Source of the DNA: a virus
Strand: one strand, 5' to 3'
Length of the DNA stretch: 64,000 nucleotides
Virus record (IMG/VR): IMGVR_UViG_3300008108_000067
Coordinates: 26,890 to 90,889 of that record
Position 1 is the first letter of the stretch; every line of letters starts with the position of its first letter. Of this stretch, positions 20,301 through 30,566 are shown piece by piece. Made by a program: the position numbers and the translations under genes. The notes under the pieces were generated by a model that had not been told where the DNA came from, did no database searches, and worked only from the letters and a program-made list of their open reading frames with translations.

Positions 20301-22333
20301 CGGTTTGAGGCAGACATTGGTAATACAAGATACGATCCTGTATTAAAATTCAATGCGTTTGTAACTTCATCAAATATTTCGAAACTACCAGTTGTAGTTG
20401 TGTCGGTTTCTCTAATACCGACAACTTGTTCATTCAATCCAAAAATACTAAGTAGTGCTTTTAATGCGTTGGCAGTACCACGGGTTTTGTTGAGGTACGG
20501 TCCATTGTGAAGAAAACGTTTCCAGAGTTCTGTTGTTGATTCACGTTTTTTCGTTATATCCGTATCTGTTGTAAAGTTGTATAGTGACGCTGCAGCGTTT
20601 GGATTAGTTAATGACAATCCAAATGATTTTGCAACATCCCATACCAAATCTTGTGACAAACCAGTAGTTGCGGTAACTTGTCTATCGTAAATTCTTGGTA
20701 AATGGTCAATGTATAGTTTTACATTATCAAAGAAATGACCAATTAAATTTGTGAACTTTATAAATTCTTGTGAATTTACATCATCGTGGAGATATAATGG
20801 TATTCCTCTGGACATTAGGTTTGCATTATTTTCATCATATCTTTGTGCAATTGCAGACTGTTCTTCGTACCAAGCAGTCGCTTGTGCACTGGTTGGAAGA
20901 TATATGGTTCCGTCAGTATCTTTCTTTGGCCACGTTCCATCTGCATGGTATTCTGTACCATTTAATTGCCAGTACACACTTGCACTGTATGCACTTCCAG
21001 ATTGATAGAAAAGATAACGTTCGTACCCATCAAATCCACGAATAATATTTTCAATTTCCAACGCTGCTGTTTTTGAACCTTCTACAAGATACAACGATGC
21101 AGATGGTATCTCATCTGGTGAGTAAATGGTAAGTATTGAACCAGTAGATACAGTTATTGATCCTGAATCGGTGACTAGTACAGGACTTGCGTATGTGGTA
21201 TTGGTATTGATAACCACATCCGTATCAATAATCGTTGCTTCACTACCAAAAATTGAACTTGATGCAAGTCCAGCAATAAATCTTGATGAATTTTCTAATT
21301 CACGTATTTTTGTTAATTTTTGTCTAAATGTTTGTAGTCTTAATTGGGCAGAACTATACGTTATAAAATTTGCATAATTCGTATAATCTACATTCAACTC
21401 TGCTGATCTATAATCATCCGTATACCATTTACGTAATATATCATCTTCAAACGTGTATCCACCGTAATTATCTGCCGACCCTGTTAGGTTAATTCCTAGG
21501 GTAGCTAATGTTTGATTTGATACCGTGTGATTATAGATGTTTAGTAATTCAGTATCCGTTATAAAACTTCTTGGTTGCGTATTCTTTGGACGTAACCACA
21601 ACGATGTATCTGGTTGTGGGAGTAATTCAAATTTAATTGTATCTGCTATTGGATTTGCAACTTCACGACTGATGAATACATTATTACCGACATCTAATTC
21701 AAAGTCGAGCGGAGATAATAATTTAACCAATAACTTACTAGGATCGTTTGGATCTAACTTCCAGTTAGTTAACAACCGTTGAGTATCTTCACCAAAATTT
21801 AATAATGTCTTTAAAAATCTATCTCTATCAAAATATTGATTTACTCTGTTAGAAACTTCATCCGTAATTACTTTTACCAACGCAGCACGTAAAGGTACTT
21901 CAACGGGGTCATATCCAGAAATATTAATATTTAACGGAATAGTTTTTTCAGAAACAATCGCATCTTCTGCAAATATTGTAACTACAACTGGTAGGGTTTT
22001 TGTTGATCCTACTAATGGTGGTAATGTTCCCAATACTGTAACAGGTGGTTGTGCTGCAACGTATTGGGCAGTTGAACTAAAATTTGATGGTGACGGTGCA
22101 GGATTTGGCATACCTCGTAGTAAAACACCACCTGGTGTTGCCTGTTCACCACCAGTTAATTCACCACTTCGATATTGTTGTATTAAATCTGTTTGATCTG
22201 CTCGTATAAATACAACACCACCAACAGCCGTAGGCACAGCTACGGCGTCTGGATAATCTCGTCCTATAAAAGAATTTGCTTCTTTTAATGATTGTATTTC
22301 CGAATTACTTAGTGGTATGTATTCGTTTGCCAT
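17396..22333 (-). CDS. Large baseplate-wedge/tail protein (1645 aa) with a LamG-like domain
   Basis: YLNKTRGTANALKALLSIFG (KGT-type wedge motif); FYLGGS...FGGYIDEVRVW LamG-like; IEPNILERKK. Confidence 0.7.
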   Translation of the reverse strand: MANEYIPLSNSEIQSLKEANSFIGRDYPDAVAVPTAVGGVVFIRADQTDLIQQYRSGELTGGEQATPGGVLLRGMPNPAPSPSNFSSTAQYVAAQPPVTVLGTLPPLVGSTKTLPVVVTIFAEDAIVSEKTIPLNINISGYDPVEVPLRAALVKVITDEVSNRVNQYFDRDRFLKTLLNFGEDTQRLLTNWKLDPNDPSKLLVKLLSPLDFELDVGNNVFISREVANPIADTIKFELLPQPDTSLWLRPKNTQPRSFITDTELLNIYNHTVSNQTLATLGINLTGSADNYGGYTFEDDILRKWYTDDYRSAELNVDYTNYANFITYSSAQLRLQTFRQKLTKIRELENSSRFIAGLASSSIFGSEATIIDTDVVINTNTTYASPVLVTDSGSITVSTGSILTIYSPDEIPSASLYLVEGSKTAALEIENIIRGFDGYERYLFYQSGSAYSASVYWQLNGTEYHADGTWPKKDTDGTIYLPTSAQATAWYEEQSAIAQRYDENNANLMSRGIPLYLHDDVNSQEFIKFTNLIGHFFDNVKLYIDHLPRIYDRQVTATTGLSQDLVWDVAKSFGLSLTNPNAAASLYNFTTDTDITKKRESTTELWKRFLHNGPYLNKTRGTANALKALLSIFGLNEQVVGIRETDTTTTGSFEIFDEVTNALNFNTGSYLVLPMSASNRPVGTLQFRFNNSIKQTTTLGVGDTASPSGSWIVKLATHPSASSPYGRIEVTDNIGEVLLSSSYADMFDTEDYFDVMLRYSTSSVNLQVAQSDGEQILFSSSMSTTGSYLRDAWPLTKNFYLGGSGSLSLNNFGGYIDEVRVWGEQISDSVFKAQVLDPGSFVGNDYTSPVESLWVRMSFHTPKNLSSGSIPNESPYRNKDGVSDPTLSLLPNITNIIAVGFENKSVYPYSMTRVSRKIRQYTTNTGAYSYGSNKIIIAPPPVFTEVSPGGELILHRKKSIVDNETRRKQQQSKSYLGFFVSPTDAVNNLLIRALGNVDVNSRVGYGTRYKSKYADIEALQNYYKQYYNATVNIPQFVRFFDELAPTLFEQASQLVPAKTILATGIVIEPNILERKKLTAEKPVKLSGANTRRNSRFANTERTYARDFDITLSTEAKIPSASGITNQVAFYTDYNTRFNINSYTVPTGDANLTFNARFSPTQVTGSGLYSTYNANTLHITQSMPMGEILTGLLNGVSIEAPGGTVRGDFNYYEGTTRSTIVSESVSSDFALFDSDVEKISYIQYLRKYAGLSLREAEEMAIGYKAGNIIDIGDLIGVSENINQANIINVIPPRTDLTDYSVANYYIKNNGIYNFETVYKEIIGLNQLNFLSGAAATWSFGTTYNKNDVVVQYGATNGSAKTANGKLFRYIAQDAPSVSYNYPSLDQNRWVPVFYRGKAVQTPYRIIFDVNKASGNESVFELPTTRVSINRPIVEPKRYSTKLTLGSVAANSRTTGLVRLQALATLFSVNVGVADVPLPAIRVRLYDTSTSRDADVNRAFGIEPLDNHGVLLDMKVENGSVSRNVGLYPPVTLINNDEGSSSSPVIYYTIEELAGNTYTNGFIVTFNYFAIEAPIQLPIGYLPRHYKFYRDNALATKRRNYLGCLQTQDTTTDGRSPVEVTFTAGTTLTVSPNILQEEESLGGINLNVN

Positions 22334-22339
22334 ATAATC

Positions 22340-23869
22340 TTAGAATTGGTTGGATGTATTTCTGTCATCACCGAAGTTTCTATTTCCATCATCATCAATG
22401 GTAATTGGACCACCACCGCCACCACGGCCTACATTACGATTGTTGAAATCATCAACGGTAGTTCTAGGCCCATCGGTACGTGGACCTGTGCGTGGTCTGA
22501 TACATACGCCCAAGTTTCCACCGACACCATCACCGTCATCACATACTAATCCTGGACAGCAGCTTCCTGAATCACATGCTTCACCTTCTTCCAAGCATCG
22601 CGTTTCATATCTACACGTTCCATTATCTCTTACAGCGTAAGGATTGTAGTTTATAGCAGATTTGTCCATACAACCAGTTACATAAATACACGAACCATCA
22701 TTTTGTGTTGCATCGGGATTATAATTGGTTGCTTGTTGATCTGTACATCCTACACGTGCAGGAGTTCCTGTGTATTCATCTGAACACGATTCACGACATC
22801 CGCCAACAAAAGTATCTTGAATTAATCGACAGACATTTGTGTATGATGGATCCTGATTGACCGGTAATCCTGTTTGTGTAATTTTACCAATTTCCAAACA
22901 CGGTTCTATTTTTTTATCATATGTACAACACGAATTATTTACACATGGTTCTATATTATCACCTTGTACGTAATTATTTGCTAGCGGATCTGTACATCCT
23001 GTAAATTTACATGTGTTATTATCTTTTTCCGCTCGTCTATCGTAATTAAACGCAAATGGATTTGTACATCCAAAAATGTATTGAATACACGTACCATTAT
23101 CTAGTACAGCACTAGGATCATAATTTTTTGCATTTCTGTCCGTACATCCTTGTATTACTGGTGGTAATGGATCAGTTCCTCTGTATTGACAGCAACCTTC
23201 ACATGAAGTATTTGCATCTGCATTGTAATTTTCTGCATTAATGTCTCTACAACCAATTACTCGTGCAATACAACTTCCATCATCTTGTGTCGCATTTTGA
23301 TTATAGTTAATAGCATTTACATTAGTACATCCGAGCACTCCTGGTAGTGGTGGTGCTACGAATTGACAGCTACCATCTTCCATATTTGCACGTGGATTAT
23401 AATTTAATGCATTAATATTTGTACAACCAAATATTTTTGGTATACATGTACCATCATTACTTGTAGCTTGCGGATTATAGTTCATTGCACTTGCATCGGT
23501 ACATCCGAATACTACCGGCGGAGCAGGTGGAGGAGGAGGCGGTGGTGGTGGGGGTGGTACCGGAATAACAACTGGAACTGCGTTAACGACGAAATTTAAT
23601 GAATTTGTCAATACACCAACAGGATATGTTTCCAATGGCGCAGTTTGAAACGTCACAGTTAGTACTGTACTTTGATTTGGTGCCAACTCAATTCTACTTG
23701 GTGAAACCGAAGCACCTTCTAAATTAGTGGATATATCTGCGGTTAAACTATAATTGGTCGCAATATTTGTAGCCGTAACATTAATCCCCGAAATAGAACG
23801 AGATCTTAACTTGTACGGTACAACTAATTGTGTCTGTGACAGTTGTAGGAAATCTGCTGCGTTTGCCAT
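22340..23869 (-). CDS. Cys-rich repeat protein (nine GC-x5-NY...C repeats, poly-Pro linker)
   Basis: Repeats such as GCTDASAMNYNPQATSNDGTC are visible in the translation. Confidence 0.8.
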   Translation of the reverse strand: MANAADFLQLSQTQLVVPYKLRSRSISGINVTATNIATNYSLTADISTNLEGASVSPSRIELAPNQSTVLTVTFQTAPLETYPVGVLTNSLNFVVNAVPVVIPVPPPPPPPPPPPAPPVVFGCTDASAMNYNPQATSNDGTCIPKIFGCTNINALNYNPRANMEDGSCQFVAPPLPGVLGCTNVNAINYNQNATQDDGSCIARVIGCRDINAENYNADANTSCEGCCQYRGTDPLPPVIQGCTDRNAKNYDPSAVLDNGTCIQYIFGCTNPFAFNYDRRAEKDNNTCKFTGCTDPLANNYVQGDNIEPCVNNSCCTYDKKIEPCLEIGKITQTGLPVNQDPSYTNVCRLIQDTFVGGCRESCSDEYTGTPARVGCTDQQATNYNPDATQNDGSCIYVTGCMDKSAINYNPYAVRDNGTCRYETRCLEEGEACDSGSCCPGLVCDDGDGVGGNLGVCIRPRTGPRTDGPRTTVDDFNNRNVGRGGGGGPITIDDDGNRNFGDDRNTSNQF

Positions 23870-23877
23870 ATGTTACC

Positions 23878-24756
23878 TCAAATATATCTAATTTGATTTT
23901 GAGTAAATAGATTAATATTGTTGTTTGTTAGAGCATTATCAATTGCTTTTTCGATAATTGCAACAATTTCGTTTTCTTGTAATCTATCAAATTGTTTTGA
24001 ACTTCTTGTAACTTCCAATAAATTTATGAACTCATCATAAATAGCTGCTGATATGAATTCTATGGTAAGATTTAGGTTATCTGGGAGTTCTGCTTCCAAA
24101 TTTGTTAACTGCGCCACTATGTCGGGATTTAAATCTTCCAAAAATTCATTTATTTTTGCTACGTATTCATTAATCTGTGCTTGTTCGTCTGGTGTCTGTG
24201 TGATTATATCGTTTTGACCGACGCCGATTGTACCACCCACCAACCCTGCAGCAAGAACTCGTGGTACACTTGGTTCCACAAATTCAAATAATTCACCTTG
24301 CTCAACCTCTGTAAATGCCGTGTTGAATCCTAAACGTAACTCCGTGCGTGATGGAGATACTTCTTCGATAGTCATTTTTCTATCGGTGTATGTACCAATT
24401 TCATCCGAAAATAAGTTGATAATAGTGGTGTATGTGCCAGGAGGAATTATTAATCCCAATTCCTTCTGTACTCGTGTCATGTTAATAATTATTTTTTCAT
24501 CTTTACTATTGTCAGGTAATAACACCGTTTTTGCACTGATTATTCCCGAACTTACTGGTATGAGTACCGACCCCACCAAATTATTCACCGAATCGTAAAA
24601 ATGCATCTCAATATTATCATCTATATCGAATCCAAATTCTGCCGGTAATCTACCTTCAATTATATCAATATCCGATTCGGATTCTGCAATACGAGAAATT
24701 GGAAATGACTGTGGTTTGTTTGGTATTACTTGTACGTAGTTTGTTTGATTTGGCAT
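23878..24756 (-). CDS. Putative virion structural protein
   Basis: IEEVSPSRTELRL motif; within the tail operon. Confidence 0.6.
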   Translation of the reverse strand: MPNQTNYVQVIPNKPQSFPISRIAESESDIDIIEGRLPAEFGFDIDDNIEMHFYDSVNNLVGSVLIPVSSGIISAKTVLLPDNSKDEKIIINMTRVQKELGLIIPPGTYTTIINLFSDEIGTYTDRKMTIEEVSPSRTELRLGFNTAFTEVEQGELFEFVEPSVPRVLAAGLVGGTIGVGQNDIITQTPDEQAQINEYVAKINEFLEDLNPDIVAQLTNLEAELPDNLNLTIEFISAAIYDEFINLLEVTRSSKQFDRLQENEIVAIIEKAIDNALTNNNINLFTQNQIRYI

Positions 24757-24759
24757 AGA

Positions 24760-25980
24760 TTAACAATCCTTCGCTAAAATATCTTCTAATTTTTTCTTTG
24801 TTTCTCTCAAACTAATTAAAATTTCATTTTTAGTCATACCAACAGTTGTTCTGCCTAGTAGTGATTCGGTTATACGACCAGGAGCTAAAGGTAAAGCCAA
24901 CACAGAACCTAGTAATTGTCCTGCAACACCTGCTTTAGATGCCACTCGTGTAATAGCGCCTGCTGCTCTAGCAAATATACCAACTTTTTGTTTTTTCTTA
25001 CCGTATCCAGGAATTGGCCCGTTTGATGCTTCTTGCTTAGCAATTTCTTCATCAATTGTTTTAAGTTTTTCTTCAATATCGGTACGTTTAACAGTACGTT
25101 GTGATTTTTTACCAATGCCCAAGAATCCTTTCTTTCCGTTAGCAACAATAATTTCTTTACATTGTCCATCTTCATTATACTTAGATTCTGCCTGGACTGT
25201 TTCTTCTACCGCTTGTATACCACTATTCAATAATGTAATTGCTTGATTAATAGTGTTGATACCACTGGCTTTTCCGGCAACTAGTGGTAATCGTTGAATT
25301 AAATCTTCTTCCAATACTTCTGGTGTAGGATCAATAATATCTTCGGCACCATCGGTTTGTCCATAATCATCAGTTAATCCAACAATGTCAAGTGCACTGA
25401 GTTCATCAAATTCTTCGGGTGACAATATTGCTTCTGGTTCTGGGTCTTGTGCATTAAGTGCTGATGCAAATCCTTCGTCAAGTGCCGTATCAATTGCTTC
25501 GTTAGCTTCATTAATTGCATCTTCATCACCAGCATCAAGTGCAGCATTTAAATCGTCAAGTGACAATGCTGCCTGTAATGCAGCATCACGTTGTTGTCGT
25601 AATGAATCAAGAGTTGTATCGTCTGGTAATGCCAAATCATCTGTAATTTCTTGAAAGAAATTATCTATTGGAACTACTTGATACATGTCACGCACAACAG
25701 AATTTGGATAATATTGTGGTGTGGTGATATCTGTTGCACCGATTGGTAGTTTCACCACTGGAACGTTATTGGCCGTACGTTCCACCATACTTTCACTTGG
25801 TAATCCCAAAACGTCTGATCTACTAGTAGCAATATATCTTGGTGTAAAAAATTGTGTTTCGGCAGTAAATGATACTACTTCACCATCACTTAGTGGAATA
25901 CGTAGTGTTAAATCAGATGACCCTGTGACGAAATCCGGAGCTTCTACAACAGTCTTATCTATTACCGTTAATATTGGCAT
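24760..25980 (-). CDS. Hypothetical protein (acidic middle, amphipathic/basic C-terminus)
   Basis: 406-aa ORF within the tail operon. Confidence 0.6.
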   Translation of the reverse strand: MPILTVIDKTVVEAPDFVTGSSDLTLRIPLSDGEVVSFTAETQFFTPRYIATSRSDVLGLPSESMVERTANNVPVVKLPIGATDITTPQYYPNSVVRDMYQVVPIDNFFQEITDDLALPDDTTLDSLRQQRDAALQAALSLDDLNAALDAGDEDAINEANEAIDTALDEGFASALNAQDPEPEAILSPEEFDELSALDIVGLTDDYGQTDGAEDIIDPTPEVLEEDLIQRLPLVAGKASGINTINQAITLLNSGIQAVEETVQAESKYNEDGQCKEIIVANGKKGFLGIGKKSQRTVKRTDIEEKLKTIDEEIAKQEASNGPIPGYGKKKQKVGIFARAAGAITRVASKAGVAGQLLGSVLALPLAPGRITESLLGRTTVGMTKNEILISLRETKKKLEDILAKDC

Positions 25981-25981
25981 A

Positions 25982-26707
25982 TTATTTTACTTCCGTAACT
26001 GAAAGTTGTTTATCTACCACCGCACTTTGTAACTTCGCTAATTTATCCATATACCCTGCTCTTCGTAATAACTTAAATGCAAGATTCTCTGTGGAAAATT
26101 CTCCACCCAATTGTAATCCAGATTGTCTAAACTTACCCAACTTGTCACGAAACTTTTCAATTTTTTTATCCAATCCGTCAAGTTGGTCAGCTTGAAATTG
26201 TTTTACTAATTGATTAAACATTCCTACAAAATATTTTACCTTAGTCATTACATCTTGTTCATCATATGCGGGTGTTTCTTTCTTTGGTTCTTTAATCCAT
26301 TTGTCCTTCATTACACTATACAATCCAGTTGCAACGTGTGGTGAACTTTCATCTTCCGCATACACTTCCACATCGTATCCCTTAATTGTAATGTCGTGTT
26401 TGTCATTCCACTTTGATTTTGCCAACAAGAAAAACTGTGCTAATAGCTCCTTATCTTTTCCAAAATCAAACAATAAGTGAAGGTCAACATCGGAGTAATC
26501 TGAGTAGTTATAGTTTGCCAAACTTCCAGTAAATACGATGTCCTTGATTTTTGGTTTGTTTTCTAACTCAATACCATCATAGAACTCTTTTGCAATTCTC
26601 AAAAGAGCTTTACGAATAGATGGAGTAAGTTTGTTTTCAGGTGTCCAAAACTCTCTATTAAGGTCTGGTTGCACCTTGAACGTTTTAATCAAGTCATCAA
26701 ACGTCAT
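25982..26707 (-). CDS. Pol-beta superfamily nucleotidyltransferase
   Basis: hGS motif FTGSLANYN, DxD motif SDVDLHL, third acidic residue in DVEVY. Confidence 0.8.
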   Translation of the reverse strand: MTFDDLIKTFKVQPDLNREFWTPENKLTPSIRKALLRIAKEFYDGIELENKPKIKDIVFTGSLANYNYSDYSDVDLHLLFDFGKDKELLAQFFLLAKSKWNDKHDITIKGYDVEVYAEDESSPHVATGLYSVMKDKWIKEPKKETPAYDEQDVMTKVKYFVGMFNQLVKQFQADQLDGLDKKIEKFRDKLGKFRQSGLQLGGEFSTENLAFKLLRRAGYMDKLAKLQSAVVDKQLSVTEVK

Positions 26708-26708
26708 T

Positions 26709-27740
26709 TTACTTTACCAAGAATGTGAATATTTCGGGAATGATGTTCGTGTCATCAGTACCATTTTCAAGATGTAAATTTACTGTATAATATCTGTTCT
26801 TATATAATGGTGTGGTATCTAACACGAAATATGAACCCGTTGCATCACAACTTAATTTAGCATATTGGTCTGCTGGGTAAATTGTGGTTCCTGCTTGTTT
26901 ATCCACGACACTAAAATATGATGAAGTCGGTAAATAATATACATTTTTATATCGTAACGTTGCATCAAAATTCTTTTGTGGATACTTATCACGAACCACA
27001 AGTCTTACCTTTTCTTTTGATCCACGAACGTAATTTTCCTTTACATTTTTTGGAACTACAGCAATGTCATACGTATTTGGAACACGTTTTAAAGATCCTG
27101 TGGTAAACGTGGAATCATCCCACGCAATTTCCAAAACAGGTGCATGTACCGTGTGTGTTTGTTTGGAGAAGAATTTAATGTTTCCTTCGTTATTATAATC
27201 CGCCTCTGATGCGCTTGGAAACTTTAATACAAGTCCAGTCCAAGATAATGATTGTGAGATAATTGGTTGAATTATTGATGATACATCAATACGTAAGTCT
27301 TGTAACGGATATTCATTAAGAATTACACTAGACGATGGTGTTGTATAATAATCACCACCAGCGTTACTCCAAGATAGCGAGGTTGTTGCTTGTCTCCACG
27401 TTGCACCATCCCCAGCGTTTACAGTTTGTTGATTAAAATATCCACTACCTTCTGCCCACGACCCAGATACCTTTTGGATAATAATTTCTTGTGAATATGG
27501 AAGTTTATTTGCGTTTGCAATTTTTAAATTTAAATAGTACGATGCTGTTGGTGATATTGATGCACTATTTGGTAAATTAAAATTTAATAACGCACGTGCT
27601 GCACTACTAGAATATGCAATTTCTATATCTTCCGGCGCTGCTACTTTACCAACTTCTAAAATTTCATCCAACCCAGCATTATTGGTTGGAAAACGTTGAT
27701 ACAAAGTTGTATCTGCGGATGCGGTTAAAAATATTCTCAT
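26709..27740 (-). CDS. Virion structural protein (DNRLRE-like beta-sandwich)
   Basis: ADTTLY...NAGLDEILEV...RALLNF...W-x-EGSG...GATW...FFSKQT...PVLEIAWDDS. Confidence 0.6.
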   Translation of the reverse strand: MRIFLTASADTTLYQRFPTNNAGLDEILEVGKVAAPEDIEIAYSSSAARALLNFNLPNSASISPTASYYLNLKIANANKLPYSQEIIIQKVSGSWAEGSGYFNQQTVNAGDGATWRQATTSLSWSNAGGDYYTTPSSSVILNEYPLQDLRIDVSSIIQPIISQSLSWTGLVLKFPSASEADYNNEGNIKFFSKQTHTVHAPVLEIAWDDSTFTTGSLKRVPNTYDIAVVPKNVKENYVRGSKEKVRLVVRDKYPQKNFDATLRYKNVYYLPTSSYFSVVDKQAGTTIYPADQYAKLSCDATGSYFVLDTTPLYKNRYYTVNLHLENGTDDTNIIPEIFTFLVK

Positions 27741-29680
27741 TGTCTTGCACTTCCTACGATGTCATCTTCTGGATATCTAATTTCGAATATACACGGATCC
27801 AATGATGGATACACAACCCCGTTTTCAGTAGCTTCGGTGATGTCGTATCTATATGGTTTATAATCTCGTCCATCCTTAAAGAAATACTTATTACTAATTT
27901 CTAACTTATTGACACTTTGTACACCGTCTTGTGCTTGAATTAACAACTGTAAGTCTCCCAAACGGATTGGTTGGTTGATGTTCCATTTATCAATATCAAA
28001 GTAGTCTTTTATAGCACCCAAGCATACAGTTAGAACATCATTCATATTATAATTTTTAAATACAGTGATATCAAAAGTGACACCTATATTAACAACGAAC
28101 GCGTCAAGAATATTAACTTGATCTGTCAACATTCTATATTGAGACAAGTACTGTTGTAAATTTTCCTTGACCAGTTCGTTCAAATTTGTAATCTTTTTAT
28201 TTTCGTTGTATCCCAATACATACAAATTAATTGAATTCTGTTTTGGATTATCCTCAACAAATTGTCTTACAGTTTGGTCAACTTGTTCTGGTGTTGTTAA
28301 CGCCTGAATTTTTGATTGAAGTGTATCGGATATAGCAAATACTTTGGCGACAGCGCCATATTTTGCTGGCATTGCCAATGACCGTGCTTCATAGTCTCGA
28401 CGAGTAACAACACGATTTTGTGCTGAGTACGATGCCAATGCTCGTTGACGAATTTCTTCAACCGTTTCACCATCTAATCCGCCGCGGGCTGGCATTTCAT
28501 TATACACCGTTACTGTACTTATGATATCATTAAACAATGCTAATTCAGTTGAATTTAGTTCCGTTGTTCTATTGATAACATTTAACTGTCCAATCTGTGT
28601 AATTGTTCCAGAAGCAACGTTGGTTTCTACACCACCACCAGTAACATATTCTACTGTCAATGTGGTATTTGCTGGTGCTATACCAAAATTATCTGTGTTT
28701 AATAAATCTGTATTACTCAACGATACACTTGCTAAGTTCGTTCCATAATCAGAATTTGCTACCTGTTGAGAATCTAGATAGACTATATCTTCCGACACAT
28801 TACCTCGTCCAGAACCAAATACTAATTGTGTATATTTTTCGGGAGTTAATCGTGTTGTAAATCTACGTGGAACAGATCTAAATTTTATGGAATATGAAGG
28901 ACTAACTGATTCACTTACACTTGCTTGGTACGCTACTTCTCTGTCATCAATTATTGTATCTTGTGCCAAGAAGTCTACTTCATACCAAGGATACCCATCC
29001 GAATCAGTTACGTTCGTAACGGTAGTTACGTTTGTATCATTAATTGTTACAGTTGAAAATTTTGCTGGATCACCAAAGGTGACAGTTTGCTGACGTACAT
29101 CACCCGCAATTACGTTTACCTTTTTTGTTACAAGATATGTGACGGGTAATAGTGTTACCGAATCTAATTGTCTTGGTACTATTGATCTGTCCGTTGGGTC
29201 ATTAAAATCCACCAAGTCCGTAGTTCTAAATGTAACTATATTCGGACCTTGTGTAGATATTGTAGAGTTTCTATCAATTTTCAAGAAATATGTTGCGTCT
29301 GGAATATATCCGTCAGTTGCACCCAATGCTGGAACTATCTGAGAAATTAAAACTTCTGCTGTTGCTGGAACAATTGTTTTTGGCTTGTACCCCAACGATT
29401 GTGCGATGGCAATTATATTTTTTTCTTCTTCTGCGTATGCTAATAAATTTTCTTTGAAAGAATTATCTACATAGAAGGATAATACGTCACCAACATATGC
29501 AGCCAATTCCAACATAATCATACCTGGATTGGCTTCGTTGAAATCTGTCCAAGTTGTTGGATAGTAATTTTTAATAAATGTAATAAGATCACCTTTGAAG
29601 TCAACGAACGACTTGTTAAGGTATCGTACTTCTTTTGGTGCTACACTTAGTTTTTTTAATACATCATTGGTTGTAGCCAT
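27737..29680 (-). CDS. Baseplate wedge subunit (T4 gp6 / baseplate J-like)
   Basis: DFNEANPGMIMLELAAYVGDVLSFY; GGLDGETVEEIRQRA...QNRVVTRRDYE. Confidence 0.9.
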   Translation of the reverse strand: MATTNDVLKKLSVAPKEVRYLNKSFVDFKGDLITFIKNYYPTTWTDFNEANPGMIMLELAAYVGDVLSFYVDNSFKENLLAYAEEEKNIIAIAQSLGYKPKTIVPATAEVLISQIVPALGATDGYIPDATYFLKIDRNSTISTQGPNIVTFRTTDLVDFNDPTDRSIVPRQLDSVTLLPVTYLVTKKVNVIAGDVRQQTVTFGDPAKFSTVTINDTNVTTVTNVTDSDGYPWYEVDFLAQDTIIDDREVAYQASVSESVSPSYSIKFRSVPRRFTTRLTPEKYTQLVFGSGRGNVSEDIVYLDSQQVANSDYGTNLASVSLSNTDLLNTDNFGIAPANTTLTVEYVTGGGVETNVASGTITQIGQLNVINRTTELNSTELALFNDIISTVTVYNEMPARGGLDGETVEEIRQRALASYSAQNRVVTRRDYEARSLAMPAKYGAVAKVFAISDTLQSKIQALTTPEQVDQTVRQFVEDNPKQNSINLYVLGYNENKKITNLNELVKENLQQYLSQYRMLTDQVNILDAFVVNIGVTFDITVFKNYNMNDVLTVCLGAIKDYFDIDKWNINQPIRLGDLQLLIQAQDGVQSVNKLEISNKYFFKDGRDYKPYRYDITEATENGVVYPSLDPCIFEIRYPEDDIVGSARQ

Positions 29681-29692
29681 TGTATATCTCTA

Positions 29693-30136
29693 TTAAAAAT
29701 TTCTTGTTGTTAATCTTCCAGAAGCTATCAATCCACCAGTTGGTGATGATCCTAATAAAACTTGGACCTCTTCTGATATCAACGGATTGTTTGCAAAACT
29801 ATAACGAACATATAAATTTATATCATTGTCGTTAACAAATGTATCTAAATTTAAGACTCGAATTTCTTGTAAGACAAGGTATGGCATAAAAGCATCTACT
29901 GCTTCTATGACATACTGTTGTGCTTTATCTTGTATCTCACCATCCTTTTGTTCAAACAATAGTCGCCACAAGTCACATCCAAAATTTGGATTTGCAACTC
30001 GTTCTCCTTTTCTAGTCAAAATTAAATTAATAAATTTTGATTTTTCGTTTGCCAACGGGTCAGGCGTAGTTTGGAAATACCCACGCCCACCACGTTGTAA
30101 AGGGAGAGTAGAACCAAGATAAACAGTTTTTGACAT
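29693..30136 (-). CDS. Baseplate wedge gp25-like protein
   Basis: NLILTRKGERVANPNFGCDLWRLLFE. Confidence 0.9.
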   Translation of the reverse strand: MSKTVYLGSTLPLQRGGRGYFQTTPDPLANEKSKFINLILTRKGERVANPNFGCDLWRLLFEQKDGEIQDKAQQYVIEAVDAFMPYLVLQEIRVLNLDTFVNDNDINLYVRYSFANNPLISEEVQVLLGSSPTGGLIASGRLTTRNF

Positions 30137-30137
30137 C

Positions 30138-30485
30138 TTACTTACTCAATCCCAACTTTTTCATTACGGCGCTGTAATCTTTCGTGATAGCTTCTACAGC
30201 CGGTTTGAACGCTGGATCATTTAAATTAACACCTTGTGGGATATTTTCTGGAAGTACCACATTATTTGTGGTTGCCATAATGGTATCTCCGTGGCGTTCC
30301 AATCCCATCATCGCAGCCAACTTTGAACGGTCAAGTTTTGGCTTACTGGACGCCGATGCAGTTTCGTTAACTTGTTGTATACCTTTAATTTGGGCTACAG
30401 CTTCTCCCAAAAGGTTGGGAAGAATTCTATTAACTTCTTCTTCGACAACGGTTCTGATGTATGCTTTTAGTAATGTTTTGTCCAT
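30138..30485 (-). CDS. Hypothetical virion-associated protein
   Basis: 115-aa ORF; C-terminal TKDYSAVMK. Confidence 0.65.
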   Translation of the reverse strand: MDKTLLKAYIRTVVEEEVNRILPNLLGEAVAQIKGIQQVNETASASSKPKLDRSKLAAMMGLERHGDTIMATTNNVVLPENIPQGVNLNDPAFKPAVEAITKDYSAVMKKLGLSK

Positions 30486-30566
30486 TTTCTTCTCCTTAAA
30501 AAAATAACCATTTTTATCACTCTATTTAAATATCAAAAGATATTGAATTTAAACGATTTAAGTGAG

